This document shows, piece after piece, positions 38,055-47,174 of a DNA stretch of 64,000 nucleotides. The position numbers and the translations under genes are program-made. The DNA lies in IMG/VR virus record IMGVR_UViG_3300024496_000012, one strand, 5' to 3'. Below the pieces are notes generated by a model, which was not told where the DNA came from, searched no databases, and worked only from the letters and a program-made list of their open reading frames with translations. Source of the DNA: a virus. How positions within the stretch are numbered: position 1 is the first letter of the stretch; every line of letters begins with the position of its first letter.

Positions 38055-38893
38055 GATTGGTCCATAGTGATAGGAATATCAAACGTTTCCTTACACTCTC
38101 CGCACTGGACATTTTGAGCTTTTAGCTCAACTTGCTCTCTTAACAACTTAAGGCGATCTTGTATTTGATCAAAGATATCCTTGCTAGTGTTATTGATAAA
38201 CTCTTTGATGATTTTTTTATCAGTAGTTTCACCATCGGGTGTTACGACTCGACTAATACACTCAGCTACAATCTCAACAGTTAGTTCTGTGAGCTTGACA
38301 AAGCTCTTGCCAAACTGATCAACTTTTTGCTCGTCAGTTAACTTTTCATCATTGATGATTGTGAATATCTTTTGTTGCTCTAAAGTCTTAAGTTGTGTCT
38401 TTGTAACTTCTTGATATGTATACGGTCTAATATAGATCTGTAAGGGATCTACTTCGATCATATCTCGGTATTCAAATGCAGCAAACAATGCCATCCAGTT
38501 GTTAAGATCAATGTCATAGGTGTTTTCTGCATTACAATAAGGACAGTTAGAATCGATCTCCATCTTTTCGCCATAGGTAGCGATTCGAATAGCGATCAGT
38601 GCAAAATCAAGATCGATAGCAGGCATTAACCAAGGATCTTTGATAGCAGGTATACAACTTTTAATAAGTTCTACAGTGCTAGCACCAGTAAGCAGAGCAT
38701 CTGGTGTTTTAAACAGTAGTTCATCCTTGGCTGTCATAGCATATACAGGATATTCTTCGTTGGTGCTGACATCTAGAGCACCAGGAGGATAAAACCGTCC
38801 TTTACTAGGCAGTTTTACATATAGTTTTGGTTGTCTGTACCAACCCGCTAAGGGATTCTTTTTAGGTTGATTGACATTCTCTAGATCACTCAT
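38030..38893 (-). CDS. gp26: Baseplate hub assembly protein, gp26-like
   Basis: RQPKLYVKLPSKG...MTAKDELLFKTPDALL...DLDFALIAIRIATYGE; two CxxC motifs (CPYC, CGEC). Confidence 0.8.
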   Translation of the reverse strand: MSDLENVNQPKKNPLAGWYRQPKLYVKLPSKGRFYPPGALDVSTNEEYPVYAMTAKDELLFKTPDALLTGASTVELIKSCIPAIKDPWLMPAIDLDFALIAIRIATYGEKMEIDSNCPYCNAENTYDIDLNNWMALFAAFEYRDMIEVDPLQIYIRPYTYQEVTKTQLKTLEQQKIFTIINDEKLTDEQKVDQFGKSFVKLTELTVEIVAECISRVVTPDGETTDKKIIKEFINNTSKDIFDQIQDRLKLLREQVELKAQNVQCGECKETFDIPITMDQSNFFVVKS

Positions 38894-38904
38894 TTTTTCT
38901 CCAA

Positions 38905-38910
38905 TAAATA
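38905..38910 (+). promoter_or_regulatory. Late promoter core TAAATA for the tape-measure-like gene
   Basis: CAATAAATAAT, 55 nt upstream of ATG 38965. Confidence 0.55.
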
Positions 38911-38929
38911 ATATTGTATCATATGCCAG

Positions 38930-38937
38930 TATTTATA
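38930..38937 (-). promoter_or_regulatory. Perfect T4 late promoter TATAAATA for the gp26-like gene
   Basis: Plus-strand TATTTATA equals minus-strand TATAAATA; GGAG SD before ATG 38893. Confidence 0.75.
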
Positions 38938-38964
38938 TACGCATAAAACCATGGAAAACTAAAG

Positions 38965-41790
38965 ATGGCAGCATCCGTCCTAATAGACATACCCGGAGTT
39001 GGAACAGTAGAAGCCAAAAATGCGGCCTCTGAAGCCACGCTACAGGAAATATTAAAAGTAGTTAGAAAAGCCGATAAAGAAACCGGGGGATTTAAAAAGA
39101 ATCCTGGGGACAAAGGCGGTGGTGGCGGTGGCGACACCGGAGGTGGTGGCGGCGGATCTAAAGCTGGTAGCGGCCTGGAATCTCTAGGAAAGCTAGCCTA
39201 CGCAACAGGTTTTGCATTTGCTAAAGTTGAAAAAGCAGTAAAATGGACTACTGGTGCTATCGTAGGGCTTGGTGAAGGTAGCACAAAACTCATAGAACAG
39301 TTTTCTAAAGTAGGAGATGATGTTAACAGTGCGGCCGCAGTATTCAGTAAGGTTCCTATTGTTGGAACGATGTTTAGTGCGGTAGCAGCCGCAGCTTCTG
39401 GAGTAGTTAAATCATATCAAGATGCCGCAGCCAGTGGAGCTACATTCACAGGTAGTGTTAATCAGTTTGCTGCCGCAGCCAGTGGAGCAGGTATGACAAT
39501 GGCCGATTTTGGTGCATTAATAAGAAACAACGGCGCTGGCATGCTTGGGTTTGGAACAACGGTTGAAGATGGTGCAAAGAGATTTGCACAGGTGTCAAAA
39601 GCCTTAAGAACCTCTAGTGGTGAACTATATGCACTTGGGTATTCTACTCAAGATATTAATGAAGGCCTCGCTAAGTACGGTTCATTGTTAAGACAACAAG
39701 GTCTACAAGGTAATCAAACAAACGCACAGTTAGCCAGCGGTGCTAAAAATTATCTAAAAGAAATGGATGCGTTAGCCAAGATAACTGGTGAAGAGCGCAA
39801 AGCAAAAGAAGCACAAGCAGAAGCACTAGCAAAAGATGCTCAGTTCCAAGCAGCATTGGCCGGAGCCAGTGAAGAAGTAAGAAATAGTTTTCGAGATACA
39901 GTTCTACAGTTTAAAAATCCCGCACTACAAAACTTTGCCAAAGACGTTATGGCAAACGGTGTTGCTACCACTGAAGAAAATCAAAAGATTATGGCCATGA
40001 TGCCTAAATCAGCAGCCATGCTCGCAGAGTTTAATGCTAAAATAGCACGTGGCGAAACAATCAGTGTTGAAGAAAGAAACAGATTAAACAATCTAATGAA
40101 AGTAGAAGGCGGAGCAGCACTAAAAAATATTAAAACAGCAGGTGCCGCTAGTCAAGAGCTATCAGGGACTGTTAATGCTCTAGCAGGTACGCAAGAAATT
40201 AATACAGACGCTGTTAAAAAAGCAGGAGAACAACAAGCAGAAGCTGCTAAGAAAACTGACGGTATGAATGCACAGATGGAAGCTACTAAACAAAGGTTAG
40301 CAGAATTTAGTAACGCTTTTCAAATGGCTCTGGCTAATAGCGGTCTATTAGATTTGTTGTTAAAAGCCTTTGAGTTTGTAGCAAATATAATAATGACTTT
40401 TGTTGTGCCTATTTTTCAAATGTTTGCTCAGGTAATAAACTCAGCAGGTTCAACATTTATTGATCTTTTAATGCCCGCAGTTACAGCTCTAGCAGATTTT
40501 TTTGTAACAAACGTTCTTCCTATTTTAAATCGACTAACAGGAATAATAATAGGCGAAGTCATTCCTGCATTTGTTGAAGCTATACAAACTACCTTGGAAG
40601 ATCTCAAACCTGCATTCGAATGGATTTCTAATGTTATCAAAGATTATGTTATTCCAATCTTTAAGAATGTAGCATTGTTTATCGCAGATAACCTAACTCC
40701 AATATTGATAGGAGTTGTTGGAGCATTTGTAACAATGAAAGCTATACAGCTCGCTTCTATGATTCCCTCGATGATAGCTACTGCTGCACAGGCATTTGCA
40801 ACTGCGGCAGCATTTATTCCTTTGATTGCAGGAGTTGTGGCAGCCACGTGGCCGTTTTTAGCCATAGCTGCTGCCATCGCCGCTGCTATCTATGTGTTTA
40901 AAAAACTAGGTGGTGATACACAGGTTGTGTCTGATGCATTTAGCTGGTTAGGTAAACAGTTCAAGTCTATGTTCCTTATGCTCAAGGAAGGTATATTAGT
41001 TTTCCTAAATGCTATTCCTGGTATGCGTGGAGACTACGATAAAGATATTAAAGACATACAGGAAGAACGAAAAAAGAATAGCGAGGAAGCAACTCAGCTT
41101 GAAAAAGACATGGCTGAGCGTATGAGGAAAAACAGAGAAGCTCAAGAAGCTGAAGCAAAAGCCGAGGCCGCAAAAGAAGAAGCTGATAACAAGAAAAAAG
41201 AAGCTCGTCGTCAGAATGCTAAAGATATCGAAGAGAATCTTGCTAAGAAAGAAGAAACACTGTTCAAGAATGGTTTATCAATTAAAGGAGCTAGTTTGGC
41301 TGCTGACAAAAAACATGCAGACAAAAAAGAAGAGATTGCTGATAAAGCAGAAGAAGCAGAAAAGAAACTAGCAAATGTTGATTATAACACTACTGATTCT
41401 ATTTCATTATTGAAACAGGTAGCAACACAACAAGGAAGTGATTTAGTTCCACAGGCAGCTAAAACTGTAGGAAGAGAACCAGCCCCTGCTTCGGCTTCTG
41501 CAGGTGCAGATACTACTAGAAGAGAAATTGCAGCGGTCAGCGAAGAAGAAAGAGCTAAAAAAGCCAAAGAAGCAGCCGAGCGTCAAGCCAGAGAAAGTGG
41601 AGGTGGTTCAACTACTAATCCAGCAGCTCCAAAGTCTCCGACCCAAGCTCAAGAATCCGCCGAGTCATTGCTTGCACAGTTAAATACTAAGATGGATCAA
41701 CTTCTAAGAGTAAATCGAGAATCGTTTAATGTTGCCGAGCGCCAACTAAGCGTTACTAGAGGTCTAAGCAAAGACATGTTTAACATTTAA
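38965..41790 (+). CDS. Probable tail tape-measure protein
   Basis: 941 aa, Ala-rich and helical, with central hydrophobic segments (IPLIAGVVAATWPFLAIAAAIAAAIYVF), aromatic-spaced repeats and a charged C-terminal coiled coil; adjacent to the gp26-like chaperone. Confidence 0.7.
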   Translation: MAASVLIDIPGVGTVEAKNAASEATLQEILKVVRKADKETGGFKKNPGDKGGGGGGDTGGGGGGSKAGSGLESLGKLAYATGFAFAKVEKAVKWTTGAIVGLGEGSTKLIEQFSKVGDDVNSAAAVFSKVPIVGTMFSAVAAAASGVVKSYQDAAASGATFTGSVNQFAAAASGAGMTMADFGALIRNNGAGMLGFGTTVEDGAKRFAQVSKALRTSSGELYALGYSTQDINEGLAKYGSLLRQQGLQGNQTNAQLASGAKNYLKEMDALAKITGEERKAKEAQAEALAKDAQFQAALAGASEEVRNSFRDTVLQFKNPALQNFAKDVMANGVATTEENQKIMAMMPKSAAMLAEFNAKIARGETISVEERNRLNNLMKVEGGAALKNIKTAGAASQELSGTVNALAGTQEINTDAVKKAGEQQAEAAKKTDGMNAQMEATKQRLAEFSNAFQMALANSGLLDLLLKAFEFVANIIMTFVVPIFQMFAQVINSAGSTFIDLLMPAVTALADFFVTNVLPILNRLTGIIIGEVIPAFVEAIQTTLEDLKPAFEWISNVIKDYVIPIFKNVALFIADNLTPILIGVVGAFVTMKAIQLASMIPSMIATAAQAFATAAAFIPLIAGVVAATWPFLAIAAAIAAAIYVFKKLGGDTQVVSDAFSWLGKQFKSMFLMLKEGILVFLNAIPGMRGDYDKDIKDIQEERKKNSEEATQLEKDMAERMRKNREAQEAEAKAEAAKEEADNKKKEARRQNAKDIEENLAKKEETLFKNGLSIKGASLAADKKHADKKEEIADKAEEAEKKLANVDYNTTDSISLLKQVATQQGSDLVPQAAKTVGREPAPASASAGADTTRREIAAVSEEERAKKAKEAAERQARESGGGSTTNPAAPKSPTQAQESAESLLAQLNTKMDQLLRVNRESFNVAERQLSVTRGLSKDMFNI

Positions 41791-41799
41791 GGTACTGCA

Positions 41800-43518
41800 A
41801 TGAGTTGGAAAAAATATTTTACGCCGGTTAACACTAATGTCCAAAAGGCAGGGTTTAGTCCTATTTCAGGAGCCACACGCCCTGGACCAGCACGATCAAA
41901 CTACAGCAGTTACCTACCGGATGTCTATGCAGGCTCGCCAAACCGTATCGAACGATATATCCAATATGACACAATGGATATGGACTCAGAAGTTAATGCA
42001 GCACTGGATATCCTTAGTGAGTTTTGCACACAATCAGATAAAGAAAACGATACAGCTTTCCAGGTAAAATACAAAGGAAAACCGACTGCCGTAGAAGTTA
42101 GATTGATCAAAGACAGTCTACAAAAATGGTACAAGGAAAATGATTTTGAAACAAGAATCTTCCGTATCGTGCGTAACACATTTAAGTATGGAGATTGTTT
42201 CTTCATACGTGATCCAGAAAACAAAAAATGGTTGTATGTAGACCCTACCAAGGTTACAAAAATCATCGTCAATGAAAGCGAAGGTAAGATTCCTGAGCAG
42301 TACACGCTCAAAGATATTAACTTTAATTTCAAGAACTTAATAGCAGTAACACCGCATCAAACCACAAACACACAGCCTAGTGGTACATCTTATTACACCA
42401 CAGCAGGTGGATTTGGTCGAGGCTTTACAGGTGATGCTGCCCGCCCACCTGGCACACGTTTCAGTAACCAAGTTAATGAAGTAACTGTTGATGCCAAACA
42501 CATGATACATATCAGTCTTTCAGAAGGACTTGATCAAAACTATCCATTTGGTAACAGCCTACTAGAATCAGTATTCAAAGTCTACAAGCAGAAAGAACTG
42601 CTCGAAGATGCTATCATTATCTATCGTATACAACGTGCTCCAGAACGTAGAATCTTCTACGTGGACGTTGGAAATATGCCAGCACACATGGCTATGGGAT
42701 TCGTTGAACGTGTTAAAAACGAAATACAACAACGACGTATTCCAAGTGCTACAGGTGGTGGACAGAACGTCATAGACGCTAGTTATAATCCTCTAAGTGT
42801 AAACGAAGATTACTTCTTTCCGCAGACTGCAGAAGGTCGTGGATCAAAAGTTGAAACACTTCCAGGCGGTACTAATCTAGGTGAAATCACAGATCTACGC
42901 TATTTTACCAACAAGCTATTCCGTGCTCTGCGTATTCCAAGTAGCTATCTGCCTACACAGATTGACGAACAACCAAACAATATCGCAGACGGTAAGGTAG
43001 GAACAGCCTACATACAAGAACTGCGTTTTAACAAATACTGCGAACGTCTACAGAGTCTTATCATTGAAGCTTTTGACACAGAGTTTAAACTTTGGTTAAT
43101 GGATCAAGGGGTCAATATCGACAACACTTTATTCAAACTCAAGTTCAACACTCCTCAAAACTTTGCCGCTTATCGTCAAAGTGAACTTGATACTGCTCGC
43201 GTAGCAACATTCGCACAAGTACAACAGATTCCGCATCTGAGCAAACGTTTTGCTATGAAGAGATTCTTGGGCATGACCGAAGAAGAAATCAAAGAAAATG
43301 AACAGATGTGGAGAGAAGAAAACGGCAGCAAACTAGCACCGCCTACTGATGCACAGGGAGAAATGCGTGGAGCAGGAATCACTCCTGGAGGTATCGCAGG
43401 CGATGTAGCAGGGCAAGAAGCTGAAGCAAGTCCAGATATGGCCGCAGCAGCCGAGGGCGAAGCAGCTACAGGAGCTGAACCAGGAGCTGGAGCTGCACCT
43501 CCGCCTCCCGCAGCATAA
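41800..43518 (+). CDS. gp20: Portal protein
   Basis: LLEDAIIIYRIQRAPERRIFYVDVGNMP...EDYFFPQTAEGRGSKVETLPGG...RDELKF-like AYIQELRFNKY motifs. Confidence 0.95.
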   Translation: MSWKKYFTPVNTNVQKAGFSPISGATRPGPARSNYSSYLPDVYAGSPNRIERYIQYDTMDMDSEVNAALDILSEFCTQSDKENDTAFQVKYKGKPTAVEVRLIKDSLQKWYKENDFETRIFRIVRNTFKYGDCFFIRDPENKKWLYVDPTKVTKIIVNESEGKIPEQYTLKDINFNFKNLIAVTPHQTTNTQPSGTSYYTTAGGFGRGFTGDAARPPGTRFSNQVNEVTVDAKHMIHISLSEGLDQNYPFGNSLLESVFKVYKQKELLEDAIIIYRIQRAPERRIFYVDVGNMPAHMAMGFVERVKNEIQQRRIPSATGGGQNVIDASYNPLSVNEDYFFPQTAEGRGSKVETLPGGTNLGEITDLRYFTNKLFRALRIPSSYLPTQIDEQPNNIADGKVGTAYIQELRFNKYCERLQSLIIEAFDTEFKLWLMDQGVNIDNTLFKLKFNTPQNFAAYRQSELDTARVATFAQVQQIPHLSKRFAMKRFLGMTEEEIKENEQMWREENGSKLAPPTDAQGEMRGAGITPGGIAGDVAGQEAEASPDMAAAAEGEAATGAEPGAGAAPPPPAA

Positions 43519-43521
43519 TAA

Positions 43522-43527
43522 TAAATA
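43522..43527 (+). promoter_or_regulatory. Late promoter core TAAATA, 4 nt before ATG 43532
   Basis: AATAAATACAAT-ATG; no SD. Confidence 0.6.
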
Positions 43528-43531
43528 CAAT

Positions 43532-43774
43532 ATGCTTCTACGAGAGTTCATCTATTTTAACGACAATATTAATGACTTTGCTGTTGATCGCCGATACGAT
43601 AACAGCAAGGACAGTTCTGTTTTGGAAAAAGGTGATACACGTAAAGTGCGTCTTACACTAAGACAAATCAATCAACTAAGGCTGCAAGCCGAAGCTCACA
43701 AAGCTGAAGTAGAGAGCGAATCTGCTTTTATACAACAAATGTATGCAACCCCAGTTGAGCAACCAGCACAATAA
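43532..43774 (+). CDS. Small head-associated hypothetical protein
   Basis: 80 aa, MLLREFIY...RKVRLTLRQINQLR...QQMY, located between portal and prohead genes. Confidence 0.7.
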   Translation: MLLREFIYFNDNINDFAVDRRYDNSKDSSVLEKGDTRKVRLTLRQINQLRLQAEAHKAEVESESAFIQQMYATPVEQPAQ

Positions 43775-44390
43775 CATAGCTTTTGTATTAGGAAACGGTA
43801 AAACTCGGTTAGCAGCAAACGCAAACGAGCTACTGAATCTTGGTATCGTCTATGGCTGTAACGCCATATATCGCGAACTTAATCCACATTTTTTAATAGC
43901 CGTTGACGTAAAAATGGTCAACGAAATCATCGGTACGGGCTATCACAGATGCAACCAAGTGTGGACTAATCACAACAAAGGCATCGTAGATCACAAAGAT
44001 ATTAACTTTTTCCATCCGCATAAAGGTTGGAGCAGTGGTCCTACAGCATTACATATGGCTGCTAGCAGAGGACACACTGAGATCTACATACTAGGGTTTG
44101 ATTATCAAGGCGAAAAAGGACTAGTAAACAACATATACGCAGACACAAACAACTATAAAAAAAGCTCTGAACCTGCGACTTATTATGGAAACTGGATGGC
44201 TCAGACCGTTAAAACTATCAAGGAATTTCCAAAAACAAAGTTCATTAGAGTTATAGAACCCAGCGATTTTAAGCCGGTAGAACTGACTACAGACCTCGGA
44301 AACCTTTCACATATGACTTATCGTTATTTCTTTGAAAAATTTCCAACGGCTATATATTCTGATCAAAACGATCAAAAAACTACCATTTAA
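43743..44390 (+). CDS. MptE/Maf(DUF115)-like nucleotide-binding protein, possible glycosyltransferase
   Basis: AFVLGNGKTR...YGCNAIYRE...FLIAVD...SSGPTALHMA...IYILGFDY pattern. The start is uncertain (32-nt overlap, no SD). Confidence 0.55.
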   Translation: MQPQLSNQHNNIAFVLGNGKTRLAANANELLNLGIVYGCNAIYRELNPHFLIAVDVKMVNEIIGTGYHRCNQVWTNHNKGIVDHKDINFFHPHKGWSSGPTALHMAASRGHTEIYILGFDYQGEKGLVNNIYADTNNYKKSSEPATYYGNWMAQTVKTIKEFPKTKFIRVIEPSDFKPVELTTDLGNLSHMTYRYFFEKFPTAIYSDQNDQKTTI

Positions 44391-44412
44391 ACCCGATTTA
44401 AAATATATGTAT

Positions 44413-44418
44413 TAAATA
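44413..44418 (+). promoter_or_regulatory. Late promoter core TAAATA for the prohead operon
   Basis: ATTAAATAAAAC, followed by an AAGGAG SD and ATG 44454. Confidence 0.6.
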
Positions 44419-44453
44419 AAACACAGCCTAACCACATCTTGAAGGAGAATACT

Positions 44454-45404
44454 ATGGCAGATAAGAACCTATTGACTCAGATGCTTGAGCATCTAGTTAA
44501 CGATGATTCAGCTAAAGCTGAAGAACTATTCCACGAATACGTGGTACAAAAATCCCGCGAAATTTATGAAGATTTGATCGAATCAGAGATCAAAGACGAA
44601 GAAGACGAAGAAGTTGAAGAAGCAACTGAAGAAGATGATGAAGAATCAATGGAAGAATCTTCTGAATCAGATGACGAAGAAATGGACGAAAACTTCGAAG
44701 ATATCGCTATCGAAGGCGACGACGAAGAAGACGATATGGGCGGCGACGATATGACAGGTGATCTAGAAGGTGATCTAGACATGGGCCCAGAAGAAGGCGA
44801 AGAAGAAGAAAAGTCCGAAGAAGAATTGTTCCAAGACCTAGACGCTATCGTTGATGAACTACAAGCTAAGTTCGACGAGCTAAAGGGCATGGAAGCTGGT
44901 GAGCACGAAATGGACGGTGACACTGGTGAAGAAGAAATGGAAACATTTGGTGACCCACAACTAGCAACAGTTCGTGAGTACGTAGAAAAAGTTCCAGCAG
45001 GTCACGGTGTTGAAAAGAAAGGTGGCGCAGAAGGTCAACTAAGCGGCACAGGTTCACAAAGTGACAAGCCAAGCGTTAATACAAAATCTATCGTAGCAGG
45101 TAAGAATGACATGGGCGGTACAGCTAGCAATCTTAACCAAGCCTACGAAGATGGCAGCGTTACACACGCAGGCGCAGAAGGCGGTGCTCTAAAAGGCAAC
45201 GGCCTAAGCGATACTAAAGCAAAGGATATGAATACAGGTAACATCAATGTTCCCGGCGGCAAAGCAGGCGATGCTTTCAAGAAAAACTCCGCTGGACATG
45301 GTGCAGAGAAAAAGGGCGGTGGCGAAGGCGTTCTAAGTGGTACAGGTAATCACAGCGATAAGCCAAGTGTCAACACCCAAAGCCTTTTCCGTGGTCGTAG
45401 ATAA
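44454..45404 (+). CDS. Acidic prohead core-like protein (gp67/68 position)
   Basis: ATG 44454 after AAGGAG (the track start at TTG 44439 is less likely); extremely E/D-rich middle; immediately upstream of gp21. Confidence 0.7.
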   Translation: MADKNLLTQMLEHLVNDDSAKAEELFHEYVVQKSREIYEDLIESEIKDEEDEEVEEATEEDDEESMEESSESDDEEMDENFEDIAIEGDDEEDDMGGDDMTGDLEGDLDMGPEEGEEEEKSEEELFQDLDAIVDELQAKFDELKGMEAGEHEMDGDTGEEEMETFGDPQLATVREYVEKVPAGHGVEKKGGAEGQLSGTGSQSDKPSVNTKSIVAGKNDMGGTASNLNQAYEDGSVTHAGAEGGALKGNGLSDTKAKDMNTGNINVPGGKAGDAFKKNSAGHGAEKKGGGEGVLSGTGNHSDKPSVNTQSLFRGRR

Positions 45405-45419
45405 TAGGATCGTAAACCG

Positions 45420-46049
45420 GTGAAAACTACTCTAGCAGAACATTTGAGTTACGACCAGGCTAAGATTGTCCTTGAGAGAGACGAAGGCAGCGACGGTAAA
45501 AAGTCGCTGTATCTCAACGGGATTTGCATTCAGGGCGACATTAGGAATGCAAATCAACGTGTTTATTCTTCTCAAGAGATTGGCAAGGCTGTCAAGACTC
45601 TCAACGAACAGATCGCTGGTGGTTACTCCGTGCTAGGAGAAGTTGATCATCCTCAAGATTTACGCATCAATCTAGATCGTGTTTCGCACATGATCACGAA
45701 GATGTGGATGGACGGTCCTAACGGCTACGGAAAACTTAAAATACTCCCTACTCCAATGGGTCAACTAGTACAGACAATGTTGGAGTCGGGAGTTAAACTT
45801 GGCGTTTCCAGTCGAGGCTCAGGCGAAGTCGACAATAGCGGAAATGTACAAGGATTTGAAATAATCACAGTGGATGTAGTCGCACAACCAAGCGCCCCAG
45901 GCGCTTATCCCACTCCAGTATATGAACATCTGATGAACAACACAGGTGGTTATCAGGCATTTAAAATAGCACAAGAAGTCCAAGGCGATCCAAAGGCACA
46001 AAAATACATAGCAGAAAGCTTGGTGAGAATCATCAAGAAACTGAGATAA
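45420..46049 (+). CDS. gp21: Prohead core protease
   Basis: NANQRVY...LGEVDHP...VSH...GVSSRGSG...ITVDVVAQPSAPGAY (His/Ser catalytic motifs). Confidence 0.95.
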   Translation: MKTTLAEHLSYDQAKIVLERDEGSDGKKSLYLNGICIQGDIRNANQRVYSSQEIGKAVKTLNEQIAGGYSVLGEVDHPQDLRINLDRVSHMITKMWMDGPNGYGKLKILPTPMGQLVQTMLESGVKLGVSSRGSGEVDNSGNVQGFEIITVDVVAQPSAPGAYPTPVYEHLMNNTGGYQAFKIAQEVQGDPKAQKYIAESLVRIIKKLR

Positions 46050-46062
46050 CAAGGAGAATCAC

Positions 46063-47163
46063 ATGTTAGATATCGTAAAACAGTTGTTTGAAAACAATGT
46101 GATTTCCGAAGAAATCAAATCGGAAATTGAATCCGCTTGGGAAGCAAGGATTCAAGAAAACCGTGAACAAGTCACTGCTACGCTACGTGAAGAATTTGCA
46201 CAGAAATACGAATATGACAAGCAGGCTATGACAGAAGCTGTCGAAGCCATGCTTACAGATCGTCTACAAGCAGAACTAGGTGAGTTTGCAGAAGACCGCA
46301 ACAGCCTAATCGAAGCTCGTGCTAAGTATGCCAAAAAGATGACCGAAGATGCGAAAGTGTTGGAGTCATTTGTATTGCGTAACTTAAACAAAGAACTGTC
46401 AGAACTACACGCAGATCGTAAAGCAGTTGCAGAGAATATCGCAAGATATGAATCCTTTATCGTGGACGCACTGGCGAAAGAAATCGCAGAATTCCACGCT
46501 GACAAGAAAGACCTAGCTGAAACTAAAGTACGTTTAATCCGTGACAGCAAAGCTAAGTTTGAAGCTATCAAGAAAGATTTCATCAACAAGTCAGCAAGTA
46601 TCATTGAAGAAACAGTCGCAAAAGGACTGCGTTCTGAAATGTCACAGCTTAAGGAAGATATCGACGCAGCTCGCAAGAATGACTTTGGTCGCAGGATCTT
46701 TGAATCGTTTGCCAGCGAATACGCTGCAAGTCATCTAAATGAAAAATCCGAAACTGCAAAACTATTAAAAGTAGTAGCGCAGAAGGAAATTGAGTTGGAA
46801 GAAGCAGCTAAAATTGTTGCAGAAACACAAACCCAAGTAGCTGAAAAAGATCGTGAACTACGAATCATCAAGGAATCGGCACAGCGCAAAGACATCATGT
46901 CTGAGTTGCTAAACCCGCTAGCTGGTGACAAGCGTACAGTAATGAAAGAGTTACTTGAATCAGTACAAACTGAAAAGCTACGTGCAGCTTTCGACAAGTA
47001 CTTGCCAGCCGTTATGAACGGAGCAAGTGCGCCAGCGAAGAAAGCACTAACAGAGGCGAAAGAAATCACAGGCAATAAAGAACAGGCACAAACTTTCGGC
47101 GGCACAGAAACCAAGACTGCCGAAATCTTTGACATCCGCAGGCTTGCGGGACTAAAAGTTTAA
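46063..47163 (+). CDS. gp22: Prohead scaffold protein
   Basis: Coiled-coil E/K/A-rich 366-aa protein between gp21 and gp23; C-terminal IRRLAGLK. Confidence 0.85.
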   Translation: MLDIVKQLFENNVISEEIKSEIESAWEARIQENREQVTATLREEFAQKYEYDKQAMTEAVEAMLTDRLQAELGEFAEDRNSLIEARAKYAKKMTEDAKVLESFVLRNLNKELSELHADRKAVAENIARYESFIVDALAKEIAEFHADKKDLAETKVRLIRDSKAKFEAIKKDFINKSASIIEETVAKGLRSEMSQLKEDIDAARKNDFGRRIFESFASEYAASHLNEKSETAKLLKVVAQKEIELEEAAKIVAETQTQVAEKDRELRIIKESAQRKDIMSELLNPLAGDKRTVMKELLESVQTEKLRAAFDKYLPAVMNGASAPAKKALTEAKEITGNKEQAQTFGGTETKTAEIFDIRRLAGLKV

Positions 47164-47174
47164 GGAGAACTATA

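Noticed and set aside
44439-44453. TTG start for the core protein as given in the track
   Set aside because: AAGGAG lies inside this stretch at proper spacing from ATG 44454.
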